DNA from: a virus
Direction: 5' to 3' (one strand)
Virus record (IMG/VR): IMGVR_UViG_3300045988_057025
Length of the DNA stretch: 64,000 bases
Below, piece after piece: positions 1-9,896 of this stretch. Below the pieces are notes generated by a model that worked only from the letters and a program-made list of their open reading frames with translations, made no database searches and was not told the DNA's origin. The position numbers and the translations under genes were made by a program. Every line of letters starts with the position of its first letter. The stretch's first letter is position 1.

Positions 1-213
1 ATTGTCATACAAATACTCGCAAGAGTTTTCATAGTCAGACCTCCATGATGAGGACATAATTATTTTAGCACCAGTGGCATCTATTAAGTCATTTATAAGC
101 TCGATACATTTTGGGTCAACGTCTCCTCCATTGTATCCTCCGATACCACGAGTCTTAACATACCAATCATTACTATTCAATACTCCATCAATATCTAAAA
201 AGATTACCTTCAT
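1..213 (-). CDS. HAD-superfamily phosphatase-like protein, N-terminal part (gene runs off window start)
   Basis: minus-strand reading frame starting ATG at 213; N-terminus MKVIFLDIDGVLNS carries HAD motif I (DxDG). Confidence 0.5.
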   Translation of the reverse strand, partial: MKVIFLDIDGVLNSNDWYVKTRGIGGYNGGDVDPKCIELINDLIDATGAKIIMSSSWRSDYENSCEYLYDN

Positions 214-372
214 AATGTTAATCAAATTCTTTTAAAAAGGCTTCTATTATCTTAGAGGAATCTTCCTTAAAGATATTTTGCAAAGCCTTAATAGCATCCT
301 CTTTCTTTATATAATCGCCTGTGCCATTAGCACAGACAATCATAGCTCTCATTGGTGTATAAGTATCCATAA

Positions 373-654
373 TTACTTAGTAACACTTGGTTCAGTATAA
401 GAAACTGGTTCGTACAGTTCCCAGCCAGTTAACCATACTGGAACAATTACGGTTTCTATAGCAACAATATCCCAAACAATGTTCTCAAAACATGCTTCAT
501 ATGTTACTCCTTCAATCTTATTAGATTGGTAGTTAGCCCAACCATAAGGTTCAGCTACAAACTTAGTTCCATCAGCTCTCTCAAAAGTCTTGCTGTCTGC
601 ACAAGAACTTAAAGCAATAATTGCTATTAACAATAAACCAAATAATTTTTTCAT
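373..654 (-). CDS. small secreted/lipoprotein
   Basis: 93 aa; signal peptide MKKLFGLLLIAIIALSSC with lipobox-like Cys. Confidence 0.4.
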   Translation of the reverse strand: MKKLFGLLLIAIIALSSCADSKTFERADGTKFVAEPYGWANYQSNKIEGVTYEACFENIVWDIVAIETVIVPVWLTGWELYEPVSYTEPSVTK

Positions 655-779
655 ACACTACTATATTTAATTAAAAATGATGCCCTAACTGCGCTCTCAG
701 CATTACGCCTTGGACTGTAGGCACTGTTAGTAGGCCAAGGGGGCTCAGGTTTGGCATCACTACTATAGCCCCTTATTCG

Positions 780-2969
780 TTAATGAATCCAATGATCTGA
801 TACAGTAACATCTGCACCTAAAAATACATTAGGACAGAATGGTTTCCCTCCATCTATCATACATTTAACTAATACCTTAGATACTTCATCGGCAATAGAT
901 TCTGGGCATTCTAGATTAAACTCGTCATGGACTGGAACACACATCTTAACAATGTTAAGAAGCTTATGCTCCTTAATCCAATTAAATAGTTTAATAGAGG
1001 AAAGTTTAAAACACATTGCTCCCCTGTTCTGAATACGATAATTGATAGACTGCTTTTCAGATGCTGCTTTTCTCTGAAAATATCTCTTAACGTCTTGGAC
1101 GGTATCACAGCCAGGAGAATCTCTCTTCATTTCTCTGTAATAATCCCAGAACTCTGGGTCATTGAACTTCTTAGAAATCCGCCAGAGGTCATCAATATCA
1201 TATATATGTGCTCTATGCTTAGTTATAGGATTTAACAAAATATAACCATCCCTCATTACCGCCATTCTACAATAATCTTGATACTGTTTTACTCCAGGGA
1301 AACCCTTCATAAAGTTATCATAGATTTCTTGAGCTTCTGACAACGGTAGACCCTTGTTATTAGCTATAGTATTTGCATCGCCTCCATAATTGATGGCAAA
1401 TTCAATACCTTTAGCATCCTGTCTTTGGGCATGATATAATTTAGCTATATCCTCTATAGGGCAGTCTCTAGGGATAATATTCGGATAAGACATTTTAGCT
1501 ACTAGACTATGAACATCCCCACAGCCATGTTCAAATAGTTCAATCATAGCCTCGTCCTTAGATACAGAAGCAATGATTCTACTTTCTTGAGACTGATAAT
1601 CCGCAGAAATCCACTTATTACCTTTCTCTGCAGTAAAACATGCTCTAGTTTCCTTGTCATGAGGTAAATTCTGTAGATTAAGTTTATATACTCCTCCTCC
1701 AGAACTTACTCTAGCTGTATCAGCTCCTAGTGAGTGAAAATCTACATGGATTCTTCCAGTCTTAGGGTTAATTGCCTTCAACCAGTTTTCCCCATAAGTA
1801 GAAACCACTTTTGCAGCTTCCTGATATTTTAGATAGATAGGAATAATCGGGAAATCTTTAGCCTGTGGAGCTAGAAGCTTAGCTTCAACAGATTTCTTTT
1901 CCTTCTTAGTTTGCTTATCAAATGTCTTGACTTTAATTCCTAATAATTCAAATAACTTGATAACTTGTTGAGAGCTACTCCAGTTAATTGTGCACTTAGG
2001 CTTGGTATCAAAGCCATTAAATAAATCACCTTGATTATCTACCTTAGTAAATTGACTTATTACTCTTTTTCTATAAGCTTTAACCTTTCCGTCTGGTGTT
2101 TCAAGGTCTTCCTGAGGGCATCGGACATATTTCTCTTTTAGCAGTCTAGCTACTTCATCCTCTATTTCCATAAGATTATAAAATTCCAGTTCTGGGTATT
2201 TAATATCCCATCCATCATGCTCATGTCTCTTTTCAGAATCCCATTGAACTACCCAATCGTTTAGTTCTTGCTCAGCATCCTTCAGCTTAACAAGGTCTTT
2301 AGCCATCTTATTTCTCCATTTTACGACATCTAGATGAACACCGCAATGCTTGAAATAAGCAAGACTCTTGATAAACTCACACTCAAGTTTCATAGCAAGA
2401 TTTAATTCTTGCTTAGCAAGCTCTATTTCTTGTTTTTCTTTAATGTCTTCTAGCCACATTACGTCTCCTGCAGCATAGACTACTACATCTTCAGTAAGAC
2501 CATCATTTATAATCTTACCTCGAACAGATTTATCTAAGTCATAGTTTAGATAATTCCATGCAGCTGCTTTCAAACTCATTTCTCTTATATTAGCTGGATA
2601 GCCTAACCAAAGTAATTTCTCGGCAATCATACCATCCCAGATATAATTTGGCCAAATATCCTGCACATATAAAAACCCTAAGTCAAACATTAAATTCCAT
2701 CCAAGAAATACTCTATCAGACTCAAAATAATTCTTTATCTCAGCTTTCTCTTCTGCTGACATAGTTGTCCAGTCAAAGACAACTTGATTTTCTTTGCAAC
2801 CTAGTTGCACAGTTAGTAACTCCTTAGTATGCGCATCTAATCCCTTAGTTTCAGTATCAAATTGAACTAAAGAAAGAGGCAACAATATTTTCATTGCCTC
2901 CTCGAAACTTACTTCTTTGTATTTTGTAGACACAAATAAAGTTTTATTCCGACTTACTAAATAAATCAT
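780..2969 (-). CDS. family A DNA polymerase with 3'-5' exonuclease domain
   Basis: 729 aa; exo motifs FDTETKG and YAAGDV; pol motif A DYQSQESRI, motif B RQDAKGIEFAINYGG, motif C VPVHDEF. Confidence 0.9.
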   Translation of the reverse strand: MIYLVSRNKTLFVSTKYKEVSFEEAMKILLPLSLVQFDTETKGLDAHTKELLTVQLGCKENQVVFDWTTMSAEEKAEIKNYFESDRVFLGWNLMFDLGFLYVQDIWPNYIWDGMIAEKLLWLGYPANIREMSLKAAAWNYLNYDLDKSVRGKIINDGLTEDVVVYAAGDVMWLEDIKEKQEIELAKQELNLAMKLECEFIKSLAYFKHCGVHLDVVKWRNKMAKDLVKLKDAEQELNDWVVQWDSEKRHEHDGWDIKYPELEFYNLMEIEDEVARLLKEKYVRCPQEDLETPDGKVKAYRKRVISQFTKVDNQGDLFNGFDTKPKCTINWSSSQQVIKLFELLGIKVKTFDKQTKKEKKSVEAKLLAPQAKDFPIIPIYLKYQEAAKVVSTYGENWLKAINPKTGRIHVDFHSLGADTARVSSGGGVYKLNLQNLPHDKETRACFTAEKGNKWISADYQSQESRIIASVSKDEAMIELFEHGCGDVHSLVAKMSYPNIIPRDCPIEDIAKLYHAQRQDAKGIEFAINYGGDANTIANNKGLPLSEAQEIYDNFMKGFPGVKQYQDYCRMAVMRDGYILLNPITKHRAHIYDIDDLWRISKKFNDPEFWDYYREMKRDSPGCDTVQDVKRYFQRKAASEKQSINYRIQNRGAMCFKLSSIKLFNWIKEHKLLNIVKMCVPVHDEFNLECPESIADEVSKVLVKCMIDGGKPFCPNVFLGADVTVSDHWIH

Positions 2970-3204
2970 GTTGATAGATTTCGATGTTATTTATTTCAAC
3001 ATCTTTGGATTTGAACCTATTATAAATAGCTTCTTCAACTGCACCTTTAATATCATCTTCATCTATTACTTCTACATCTACGAATAACCCTAATTCAACT
3101 CCTACTTCTACCTTAACCTTAGTAGGTAGTGGTTCATTGTAAGGTGCTCTAGGGTCATTAGCTGCACCCATTGGATAGTTATCTAAAGTCGTCATATGGG
3201 TCAT
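2944..3204 (-). CDS. hypothetical protein
   Basis: 86 aa ORF in minus-strand gene chain. Confidence 0.3.
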   Translation of the reverse strand: MTHMTTLDNYPMGAANDPRAPYNEPLPTKVKVEVGVELGLFVDVEVIDEDDIKGAVEEAIYNRFKSKDVEINNIEIYQHDLFSKSE

Positions 3205-3502
3205 AAGTTAAAGGATCAACTACTTCCCAATCATCTGCGTTTATATCTTCACCATCAAAAGGATAGTAAGTACAAGTCCTATCAGAAAAGTCATACATGA
3301 TAAACTGGTCATGGTATGTAATACCTACACCGTAACTACACATAAGAGCTTTCATATCATCAGGGATAGAACGCATAGCAGGTATTCCATCTCCAGAAAT
3401 CATTGCAGGTATCTGCATAAATATTACCAGATTGCTCTGAAATACTTTCCTTCTTACTACTTTTCCCTCTTGTAACTTAGACAATATTTCTCCGAATTTC
3501 AT
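3179..3502 (-). CDS. hypothetical protein
   Basis: 107 aa ORF in minus-strand gene chain. Confidence 0.3.
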   Translation of the reverse strand: MKFGEILSKLQEGKVVRRKVFQSNLVIFMQIPAMISGDGIPAMRSIPDDMKALMCSYGVGITYHDQFIMYDFSDRTCTYYPFDGEDINADDWEVVDPLTYDPYDDFR

Positions 3503-4347
3503 TACATTAAATTTTTAAGTTGATTAGAAAATCTACGTCTTAATTTAGCTAAAGCTCCCTCTTTCATCTGTCTTATTCTTTCTCCTCCAACACCGTACAT
3601 ATCAGCTATAATTTTAGGATTGACAGGAGCCATTCCTATACCAAATAACATACAGATTAAATCGTGCTCTCTAATTGTTAATTTAGAAAGTAGATTCTCT
3701 AGCTCTTTAGTTACATAGCTTTTATTTACTTGTTCATCAAGGGGGTCTTCACCATCTGGAATAATATCACAGACTTGACTGTTTTCTTCATCTCCTCCTA
3801 TGAAATCGTCCACAGAAACTAACTTATTAGAAAACTGTGCTAGATAGTCAATTTGCTCCCTAGGAATATCAGTCATTTCTGATATTTCTTCGGAACTTGG
3901 ATTTCTATCATGCGATTGCAAGAATTTATTAGTTGCATCGAGTATACTTATTACCAATAATTGCTGAGACATTGGAAGACGAATTTCTCGTGCTTGCCAA
4001 TATATAGAATTATAGATACTTTGTCTAATCCACCATACAGCATATGACAAGAATGTCACTCCTCTTTCTGGGTCAAACTTATCAATAGCTTTCATTAATC
4101 CTTCATTTCCACTAGAGATTAAATCCATTAAAGGGATACCTCTATTCTGAAATTGCTTGGCGATAGTCACAACAAACCTAAGATTTGATTTTATAACCTG
4201 CTCTCTAGCAACATCATCTCCCTTTTGGGCTTCACAAATAAGACGAGTTACCTCATCACTATCCAATATTTTATATTTGGATATATCTTTGAGGTAACTA
4301 GTCAATAATGAATCCGAGCGGTCGGTGAAAATGATTTTCTTACTCAC
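3502..4347 (-). CDS. sigma-70 family RNA polymerase sigma factor
   Basis: 281 aa; region 2 DLISSGNEGLMKAIDKFDPERGVTFLSYAVWWIRQSI and region 4 HTH IADMYGVGGERIRQMKEGALAKLRR. Confidence 0.8.
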   Translation of the reverse strand: MSKKIIFTDRSDSLLTSYLKDISKYKILDSDEVTRLICEAQKGDDVAREQVIKSNLRFVVTIAKQFQNRGIPLMDLISSGNEGLMKAIDKFDPERGVTFLSYAVWWIRQSIYNSIYWQAREIRLPMSQQLLVISILDATNKFLQSHDRNPSSEEISEMTDIPREQIDYLAQFSNKLVSVDDFIGGDEENSQVCDIIPDGEDPLDEQVNKSYVTKELENLLSKLTIREHDLICMLFGIGMAPVNPKIIADMYGVGGERIRQMKEGALAKLRRRFSNQLKNLM

Positions 4348-4582
4348 CTTCTTTCACAACCTTGGCCTCTGAAATTTCATCTTTCGGAGCATTAAGTCCT
4401 ATACGAATTGATAGTACAGATACATATGCTTCCATTGCTTTTAGTTGGGCAATTAACAAATCACGATTCAGATTATCTACTTCTTTGCTCTTATCGCTCA
4501 AAATAAATTCTCTAAGTTTGTTAGCACGTTCATTGACTTCATTAAATTCTCCCAACATTCTCTGAAATACAGCTTGTTCCAT
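4340..4582 (-). CDS. hypothetical protein
   Basis: 80 aa ORF immediately downstream of sigma factor. Confidence 0.3.
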   Translation of the reverse strand: MEQAVFQRMLGEFNEVNERANKLREFILSDKSKEVDNLNRDLLIAQLKAMEAYVSVLSIRIGLNAPKDEISEAKVVKEGE

Positions 4583-4719
4583 TTGATTAATTTTTGATAT
4601 TACAAATGAATCTAGACCCGTAGGTTTTAAGGAAATTAGTTTCTTCCTTTACTATCTCATAAATTTCAATTATTATTAATGATAATATTGACCCTCCAAG
4701 AATATATAGGAGGATGTTA

Positions 4720-5415
4720 TTAAATATCCAGATATAATGGTTCATAAGAAATGTCATAAGCATCATCAAGAATAGACACATTAGCAATTTTAGTCGCTCC
4801 AATGTCTGTTAACTGATGATTTCCTTCATGAATATGACCACAAAAAGCATATTTTGGTTTCTTATCTAGAATAGCAGAAGCCAAAACTTCATTTCCAGCA
4901 TCAACAGGAGTTGAGTGCCACATATTAGGAGGTACTAAACCACAATTATTCAATTTAGGAGCATCATGACTAATCAGTATGTCACAATTTCCTGGAATAT
5001 TTTGGTACAACTCTTTTAGCTTTTCGTCAGAATACATAAATGCCCAGTTACCAAATATATGGCAGGCTGGAGTTCCATATATTCTGTATACCTTTCCATC
5101 ATTACTTAGATAATCAAAGTGAGAATTATCTAGGTATACTGCTTTCCCTTCAGTAGGAAATGTAATTATAGAATTTACCCACATAAATTCTCTATTCTCA
5201 AACACAAAGTCGTGATTTCCAGCTACAAATACGACTTTTTCACATGGAAGAGATTTTATCCAATCAGCAAATTCTGTCTTTAACCACTTCTCACACTGTG
5301 GTTTATTCCTTTGCATCCTTAATGGAACAATATCTCCACAGATTAATACTAGCTCGCATGGTTGAATATCATCAATTAGAAATCCATGCAAGTCACTTAA
5401 AATACATATTTTCAT
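4720..5415 (-). CDS. calcineurin-like metallophosphoesterase
   Basis: 231 aa; motifs LSDLHG, GDIV, GNHD, GHIHEG. Confidence 0.7.
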   Translation of the reverse strand: MKICILSDLHGFLIDDIQPCELVLICGDIVPLRMQRNKPQCEKWLKTEFADWIKSLPCEKVVFVAGNHDFVFENREFMWVNSIITFPTEGKAVYLDNSHFDYLSNDGKVYRIYGTPACHIFGNWAFMYSDEKLKELYQNIPGNCDILISHDAPKLNNCGLVPPNMWHSTPVDAGNEVLASAILDKKPKYAFCGHIHEGNHQLTDIGATKIANVSILDDAYDISYEPLYLDI

Positions 5416-5708
5416 AATTTGTGCGCTAAACCATAAACATTCTTAGTCCATCCATTCATATGTCCTTTATTGTTTCCAATCAGACATCCTCTGTTAGGGT
5501 CTACTGAGTATACCTTGTGAGTAAAACATGAACCTCTAACCTTACAGAATACAACATCTCCAATATTACATTCTTGCCAAGTTATAGGCGTGACAAGATG
5601 TTTCTCATTACTCTTATACATAGGTAGCATTGAATTTCCTGGTTCGCTTGTAACAAAAGACTCACCATTCTTCAACCTCTGTATTTTCTTCAGCGTGTTT
5701 GGGTTCAT
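5412..5708 (-). CDS. hypothetical protein
   Basis: 98 aa ORF. Confidence 0.3.
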   Translation of the reverse strand: MNPNTLKKIQRLKNGESFVTSEPGNSMLPMYKSNEKHLVTPITWQECNIGDVVFCKVRGSCFTHKVYSVDPNRGCLIGNNKGHMNGWTKNVYGLAHKL

Positions 5709-6255
5709 ATTCTTTTAATCCTTTTTTAGTCATATTAGAAATAATAGTTATATATTTCTTTTCACCATCCTCTTCATAACTCCAAACATGGTTGTCGATA
5801 GCTTGGTCTATAGTCTTGTTATAATAGGAATAATCTAAGATAGCTTCCCAAGTAGCCATGCTCTTTGTAATACTATTCTTTTCTTCTTTAACTGCCCAGT
5901 TAAATATCCATAACAAATGCCAAGTTCTGAAAAATGTTATACAAATCATAGGGTCCCACTCGTGCCTAGGACTATCCCACTTATCTTTCCATCCAAGTGC
6001 GTGAAATCCTATATCAATTACTGGATTGTAGTAGTCTCTTCGAGCTGGAAGCCCAAACGTCCAAAACTTCTTTCTAAAGAGAAAGTGAGCCTTTGGACGT
6101 TTGAAATATTCTCGAACTTCCCACCAGTGATACCAGGGATTCTTATACTCATTCCACCCTGGAGAGATAAATGGAATTTTACTATGAAAGAAATAGGAAA
6201 CCCGATATCTCAGGCTTCCATATTTTCTGCCAAATAAATATTCCTTAAAGTACAT
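5662..6255 (-). CDS. hypothetical protein (Trp/aromatic-rich)
   Basis: 197 aa ORF. Confidence 0.3.
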   Translation of the reverse strand: MYFKEYLFGRKYGSLRYRVSYFFHSKIPFISPGWNEYKNPWYHWWEVREYFKRPKAHFLFRKKFWTFGLPARRDYYNPVIDIGFHALGWKDKWDSPRHEWDPMICITFFRTWHLLWIFNWAVKEEKNSITKSMATWEAILDYSYYNKTIDQAIDNHVWSYEEDGEKKYITIISNMTKKGLKEYEPKHAEENTEVEEW

Positions 6256-6532
6256 CTAATTCTGGATATCTTTCTATTATTCTACTAGTAAATTCTTCAA
6301 ATATCTCATCTTCTGCATAGTCTGACAGCTCCTCTGAGTCTTTTATCAAACCTAACTTCTCAAGATAATAATTCATGTTATCTCCAAAGACACATTGCAG
6401 ATCGAATAAGCTCATTTCCTCTCCATCAGCATCCTTCTTAGTATCTTCGACCACTAAATCAATAACCTGATCAATATCAAGAGATAACTTCTTTGTTACT
6501 ACTGTTTCATAAGTTACTGTTATATTATGCAT
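6245..6532 (-). CDS. hypothetical acidic protein
   Basis: 95 aa ORF. Confidence 0.3.
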   Translation of the reverse strand: MHNITVTYETVVTKKLSLDIDQVIDLVVEDTKKDADGEEMSLFDLQCVFGDNMNYYLEKLGLIKDSEELSDYAEDEIFEEFTSRIIERYPELDVL

Positions 6533-6535
6533 AAT

Positions 6536-7903
6536 TTAATTTTCATCCTCAATATTAGACTCTCCCTTATCTAACTCCTTTCCTTCTTTATCCAGGAATT
6601 TAAAGCATTTCAATTTGAAAGCCTCTGATTTCATATTCTCTATTTTGATAACAATACCCTCATGAGGTACTTTATTATCGCAAGACGGAGAAGTACGTTC
6701 CATATAGAACTGAGTATCATTTGCTAACTTCTCCATAAAGTTTTCGTTCCAATGTTCAGACTCATTAAGTTCTGGATATAGAGCTTTTGCAGTTCCATAA
6801 TACCATTCTTCCACTGGGGTAAGCCCAACCTTGGCACACCATTGTTGAACTTCACGAGCAGAAAACTCGTGAACAACTCCATCAACATTAGTTATAGTTA
6901 CTCGATAGATACGAACCTTAAAGTGTTTCTCTGGAGTATATGCTTCTCCTTCTTTAGGAGGCATACATCCATAATCATAGTTCTTTTGGATATAACCACC
7001 ATTCGGTAAGAATCCTACTATCTCATAATATGCTGTCATGCCTTTAGACAAACAAGGCTTTACTATTTTATCAGCCTCTGCCCAAACATCACATCCGTAG
7101 AATCCTGGAGTAACATTTTTGTTATAGAACTGATTCTTAATTACAGTTCTAGAGGCATAGAGATAGTCATACTTATTAAACTCTTCTCCTGTCAACCATT
7201 TAGCAATCTTCTGTTTCCAATCTAGGTCTTGCTTACACAAAACATATGCTGAAATACCAGAAGTACCATGTATTTTCTCAGTAATACTAATTAAGTCATT
7301 AGGATGAATTACATTAGGACATTTCTTAATAAGAGTTGTGTCGTAGTGGAATCTAAACTGTTCATCAATAACCTTGCTGATTCCTTTGACTTTCTTCGTT
7401 TGGTTGTTACGTGGAGTTCCCCCTTGTCCCTGTTGTCTCTTGGGAATGTACTTTTTGTTAATCCAAAATTCTTTGCCTTCATGTTCTACAATATCAAATT
7501 CAATACCTTCTTCAACTTCAATCTCCTTATTAGTCACAGACATTATATAGTTCTGAAACTGGACTACTGGAAGAATAAAACCTTCAGACAGCTCATTCTT
7601 TAATCTGATAGCTTTTACTCTACCATTATCCTCAAACATACCAGTTTGTTCTGGGTCATTGTTTAATTCTTTATGACGATAAAGATTACAATATCTCAGA
7701 AAATCTGGATTTATACAACAAGCCGTTGGAAAATATACATATAGTCCTGGCTGAGAATCAATCCCAGTAATGATATTGAAACCATCAATGGTACAACACT
7801 TAAGTCTAGTAACTTCTGGATTACTATGCGCTCTGAAATTTTTAATGTCTACAATCTTCGCCAAATAATTTACATTGGCTCTTTTACTCTTAGATAACTT
7901 CAT
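6536..7903 (-). CDS. RNA ligase-like nucleotidyltransferase (Rnl2-type)
   Basis: 455 aa; KIHGTS resembles T4 Rnl2 motif I KIHGTN; C-terminal EGIVIK/KLK motifs. Confidence 0.5.
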   Translation of the reverse strand: MKLSKSKRANVNYLAKIVDIKNFRAHSNPEVTRLKCCTIDGFNIITGIDSQPGLYVYFPTACCINPDFLRYCNLYRHKELNNDPEQTGMFEDNGRVKAIRLKNELSEGFILPVVQFQNYIMSVTNKEIEVEEGIEFDIVEHEGKEFWINKKYIPKRQQGQGGTPRNNQTKKVKGISKVIDEQFRFHYDTTLIKKCPNVIHPNDLISITEKIHGTSGISAYVLCKQDLDWKQKIAKWLTGEEFNKYDYLYASRTVIKNQFYNKNVTPGFYGCDVWAEADKIVKPCLSKGMTAYYEIVGFLPNGGYIQKNYDYGCMPPKEGEAYTPEKHFKVRIYRVTITNVDGVVHEFSAREVQQWCAKVGLTPVEEWYYGTAKALYPELNESEHWNENFMEKLANDTQFYMERTSPSCDNKVPHEGIVIKIENMKSEAFKLKCFKFLDKEGKELDKGESNIEDEN

Positions 7904-7914
7904 TTATTCTCTAT

Positions 7915-8238
7915 TTAAAATGGTTCTTCTGTAGTTTCTATAAACTCACACATAAAGTTAGCATACACTTGAGCCTGTGCTTCATTGAACTCATTGTTAA
8001 AGTAAAACTGAAATGCGTGAAACAGCTCGTGGTAAAACGTATTCCTCATTTGCTCGTCACTTACTGTAACAACTCCATCATGTTCTGTCTTTAGAGTTCT
8101 TGCTAACTTAATCATATTAGTAGCATCACAAAAATAACCGTAGTTATTATTAGGAAGAATTTCCTCTATAACTACGGTTATTTCTTGATTAGCTATTTTG
8201 AACTTGTCGGGAAGATTTCCTCCATTATTCATTTTCAT
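7915..8238 (-). CDS. hypothetical protein with HExxH motif
   Basis: 107 aa; HELFHAF possible metallopeptidase motif. Confidence 0.3.
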   Translation of the reverse strand: MKMNNGGNLPDKFKIANQEITVVIEEILPNNNYGYFCDATNMIKLARTLKTEHDGVVTVSDEQMRNTFYHELFHAFQFYFNNEFNEAQAQVYANFMCEFIETTEEPF

Positions 8239-8464
8239 CCTCTAATAAGTCTAGAAAGTCATCAGCATGTATTATCTCAGATGCTAAGGTACCTTCAATT
8301 TCATCAGTTGGTCCCTCATAAGGCAAGACTTCAGAAACTATGTATTCCTCTAATAGGCTTTCGCTGGGATCTTCTCCATCTAGCCATTCTATAAAATCTT
8401 GAGCATCAATATCAATTGTGTACTCTCTTTTAACCTCACAAGTCTCTTTAAAAATCAGTTCCAT
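8225..8464 (-). CDS. hypothetical acidic protein
   Basis: 79 aa ORF. Confidence 0.25.
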   Translation of the reverse strand: MELIFKETCEVKREYTIDIDAQDFIEWLDGEDPSESLLEEYIVSEVLPYEGPTDEIEGTLASEIIHADDFLDLLEDENE

Positions 8465-8946
8465 TCTCTATTTTCTTTGTACAGTTTATTTAGGTAATCT
8501 ACAAACTCTTCTTTTCTCTCAAATAAGTTATCTACGTCTGGAAGCTTTACCTTGTTGGCTATTCCATCATTATCATAGTACACAATGTCTATACCACTCA
8601 CACTATGACACATCGTATCGCACATTCCAGCAAAGATTAGAATGTCATTTTCTGATAAGTAGTTACTCAACCAGGGAAAATCTTCGTTTTCGTCTACATG
8701 ATGTCCGTAATGTCCGTCATTCCAACTTTTTCCCTCTGAGAACTTGCCAGAATATTTGCTAACATAAGACAACACTAACAAAAGGAGTTCATCCTCTTCA
8801 AAAGAACTCTTGTCAAATTCTAGAGTATCTCTCATATAATCCCCATCGTTCGCATCGCACTCCACATATACTATATACAATTCCCTATTATTCGGAATAA
8901 TAGAGTATTTAGCTTTCTTCAAAATATCAAACTTTTCGTATTTCAT
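8455..8946 (-). CDS. hypothetical protein
   Basis: 163 aa ORF. Confidence 0.3.
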   Translation of the reverse strand: MKYEKFDILKKAKYSIIPNNRELYIVYVECDANDGDYMRDTLEFDKSSFEEDELLLLVLSYVSKYSGKFSEGKSWNDGHYGHHVDENEDFPWLSNYLSENDILIFAGMCDTMCHSVSGIDIVYYDNDGIANKVKLPDVDNLFERKEEFVDYLNKLYKENREWN

Positions 8947-9161
8947 CGCGTATCAAGTACAATAAAATTATCACACATTTTTATAACATTCGCTCTTATT
9001 CCTCCCTTTAAAGCTCGTGTATCACACACTTCATACTTTTCTTCTAGGAGAGAGGCGTCTTCTTTAGTAATCTTTACCCAATAGACACCATTTTTCTGTT
9101 TAGAACCATTCCATATCAGATGCTTTACTAGCCAGATATAGCGTTTCTCTACATCATTCAT
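8943..9161 (-). CDS. hypothetical protein
   Basis: 72 aa ORF. Confidence 0.3.
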   Translation of the reverse strand: MNDVEKRYIWLVKHLIWNGSKQKNGVYWVKITKEDASLLEEKYEVCDTRALKGGIRANVIKMCDNFIVLDTR

Positions 9162-9807
9162 TGTTAATAATAGATTTATAGATTTTCTCAGACTCCTTTA
9201 AGAACAACTCTGATATGTTTTCATCAGTAGTAAGTTCCTCCATAAAGATTCTTCCGAATTTTATATTGATAATACTCATAGAAGCCATAGCTTCTCCATA
9301 AACCCAATCCTTGAAACATACATTACTAGCTTCTATTCCGGTATATGTAAGTTTCCTGAGCATACATATAGAGCATATTTTCTTACACTCTTTTCCTATC
9401 TCTACTAATTCCGTTAATTCATCCGGACTAGCCTCTCCTATATCTCCAATCTTACTTAAATAGGCTGAAAATTTGGATTCTGACTCTTTGTCTTTGTAAT
9501 ACATAACAGAGTATACCCCACTAAATCGTGGGGCAGATTCTATGTCTAGAACAGCTATTTCGGAATCAGTAATAAATACATCGTCTATGTAATTAAAATA
9601 GACGTTTCCTAGAAGGGTAGAATCTTCAAACTCAGTTGGACATAACATTGCATATGCCTTTGTCCAGGTTTCCTCTTCTATATCCTGAACCTTGTGAGAC
9701 ATATTAATCATTCCTATTTCGTATAAACTACACTCATCTGGAACTTGTAACTCCATATCAGCATAGTTACCACCATAGTAATACTGTCTATAGTTAATCT
9801 TTTTCAT
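9154..9807 (-). CDS. hypothetical protein
   Basis: 217 aa ORF. Confidence 0.3.
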   Translation of the reverse strand: MKKINYRQYYYGGNYADMELQVPDECSLYEIGMINMSHKVQDIEEETWTKAYAMLCPTEFEDSTLLGNVYFNYIDDVFITDSEIAVLDIESAPRFSGVYSVMYYKDKESESKFSAYLSKIGDIGEASPDELTELVEIGKECKKICSICMLRKLTYTGIEASNVCFKDWVYGEAMASMSIINIKFGRIFMEELTTDENISELFLKESEKIYKSIINNE

Positions 9808-9896
9808 TTTTATGCCATAATATAATTATGCTTCCTATTAAAAACAATATAAGGTATATAGCGAAGGGAACCAATGAAGGATGTATCGCAAGTAGA

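Noticed and set aside
911-1108. 65 aa minus-strand ORF
   Set aside because: Nested out-of-frame inside the DNA polymerase gene.
4587-4802. 71 aa hydrophobic ORF
   Set aside because: Overlaps the 3' end of the metallophosphoesterase gene by 83 nt in another frame. It may be a real small membrane protein, but support is weak.
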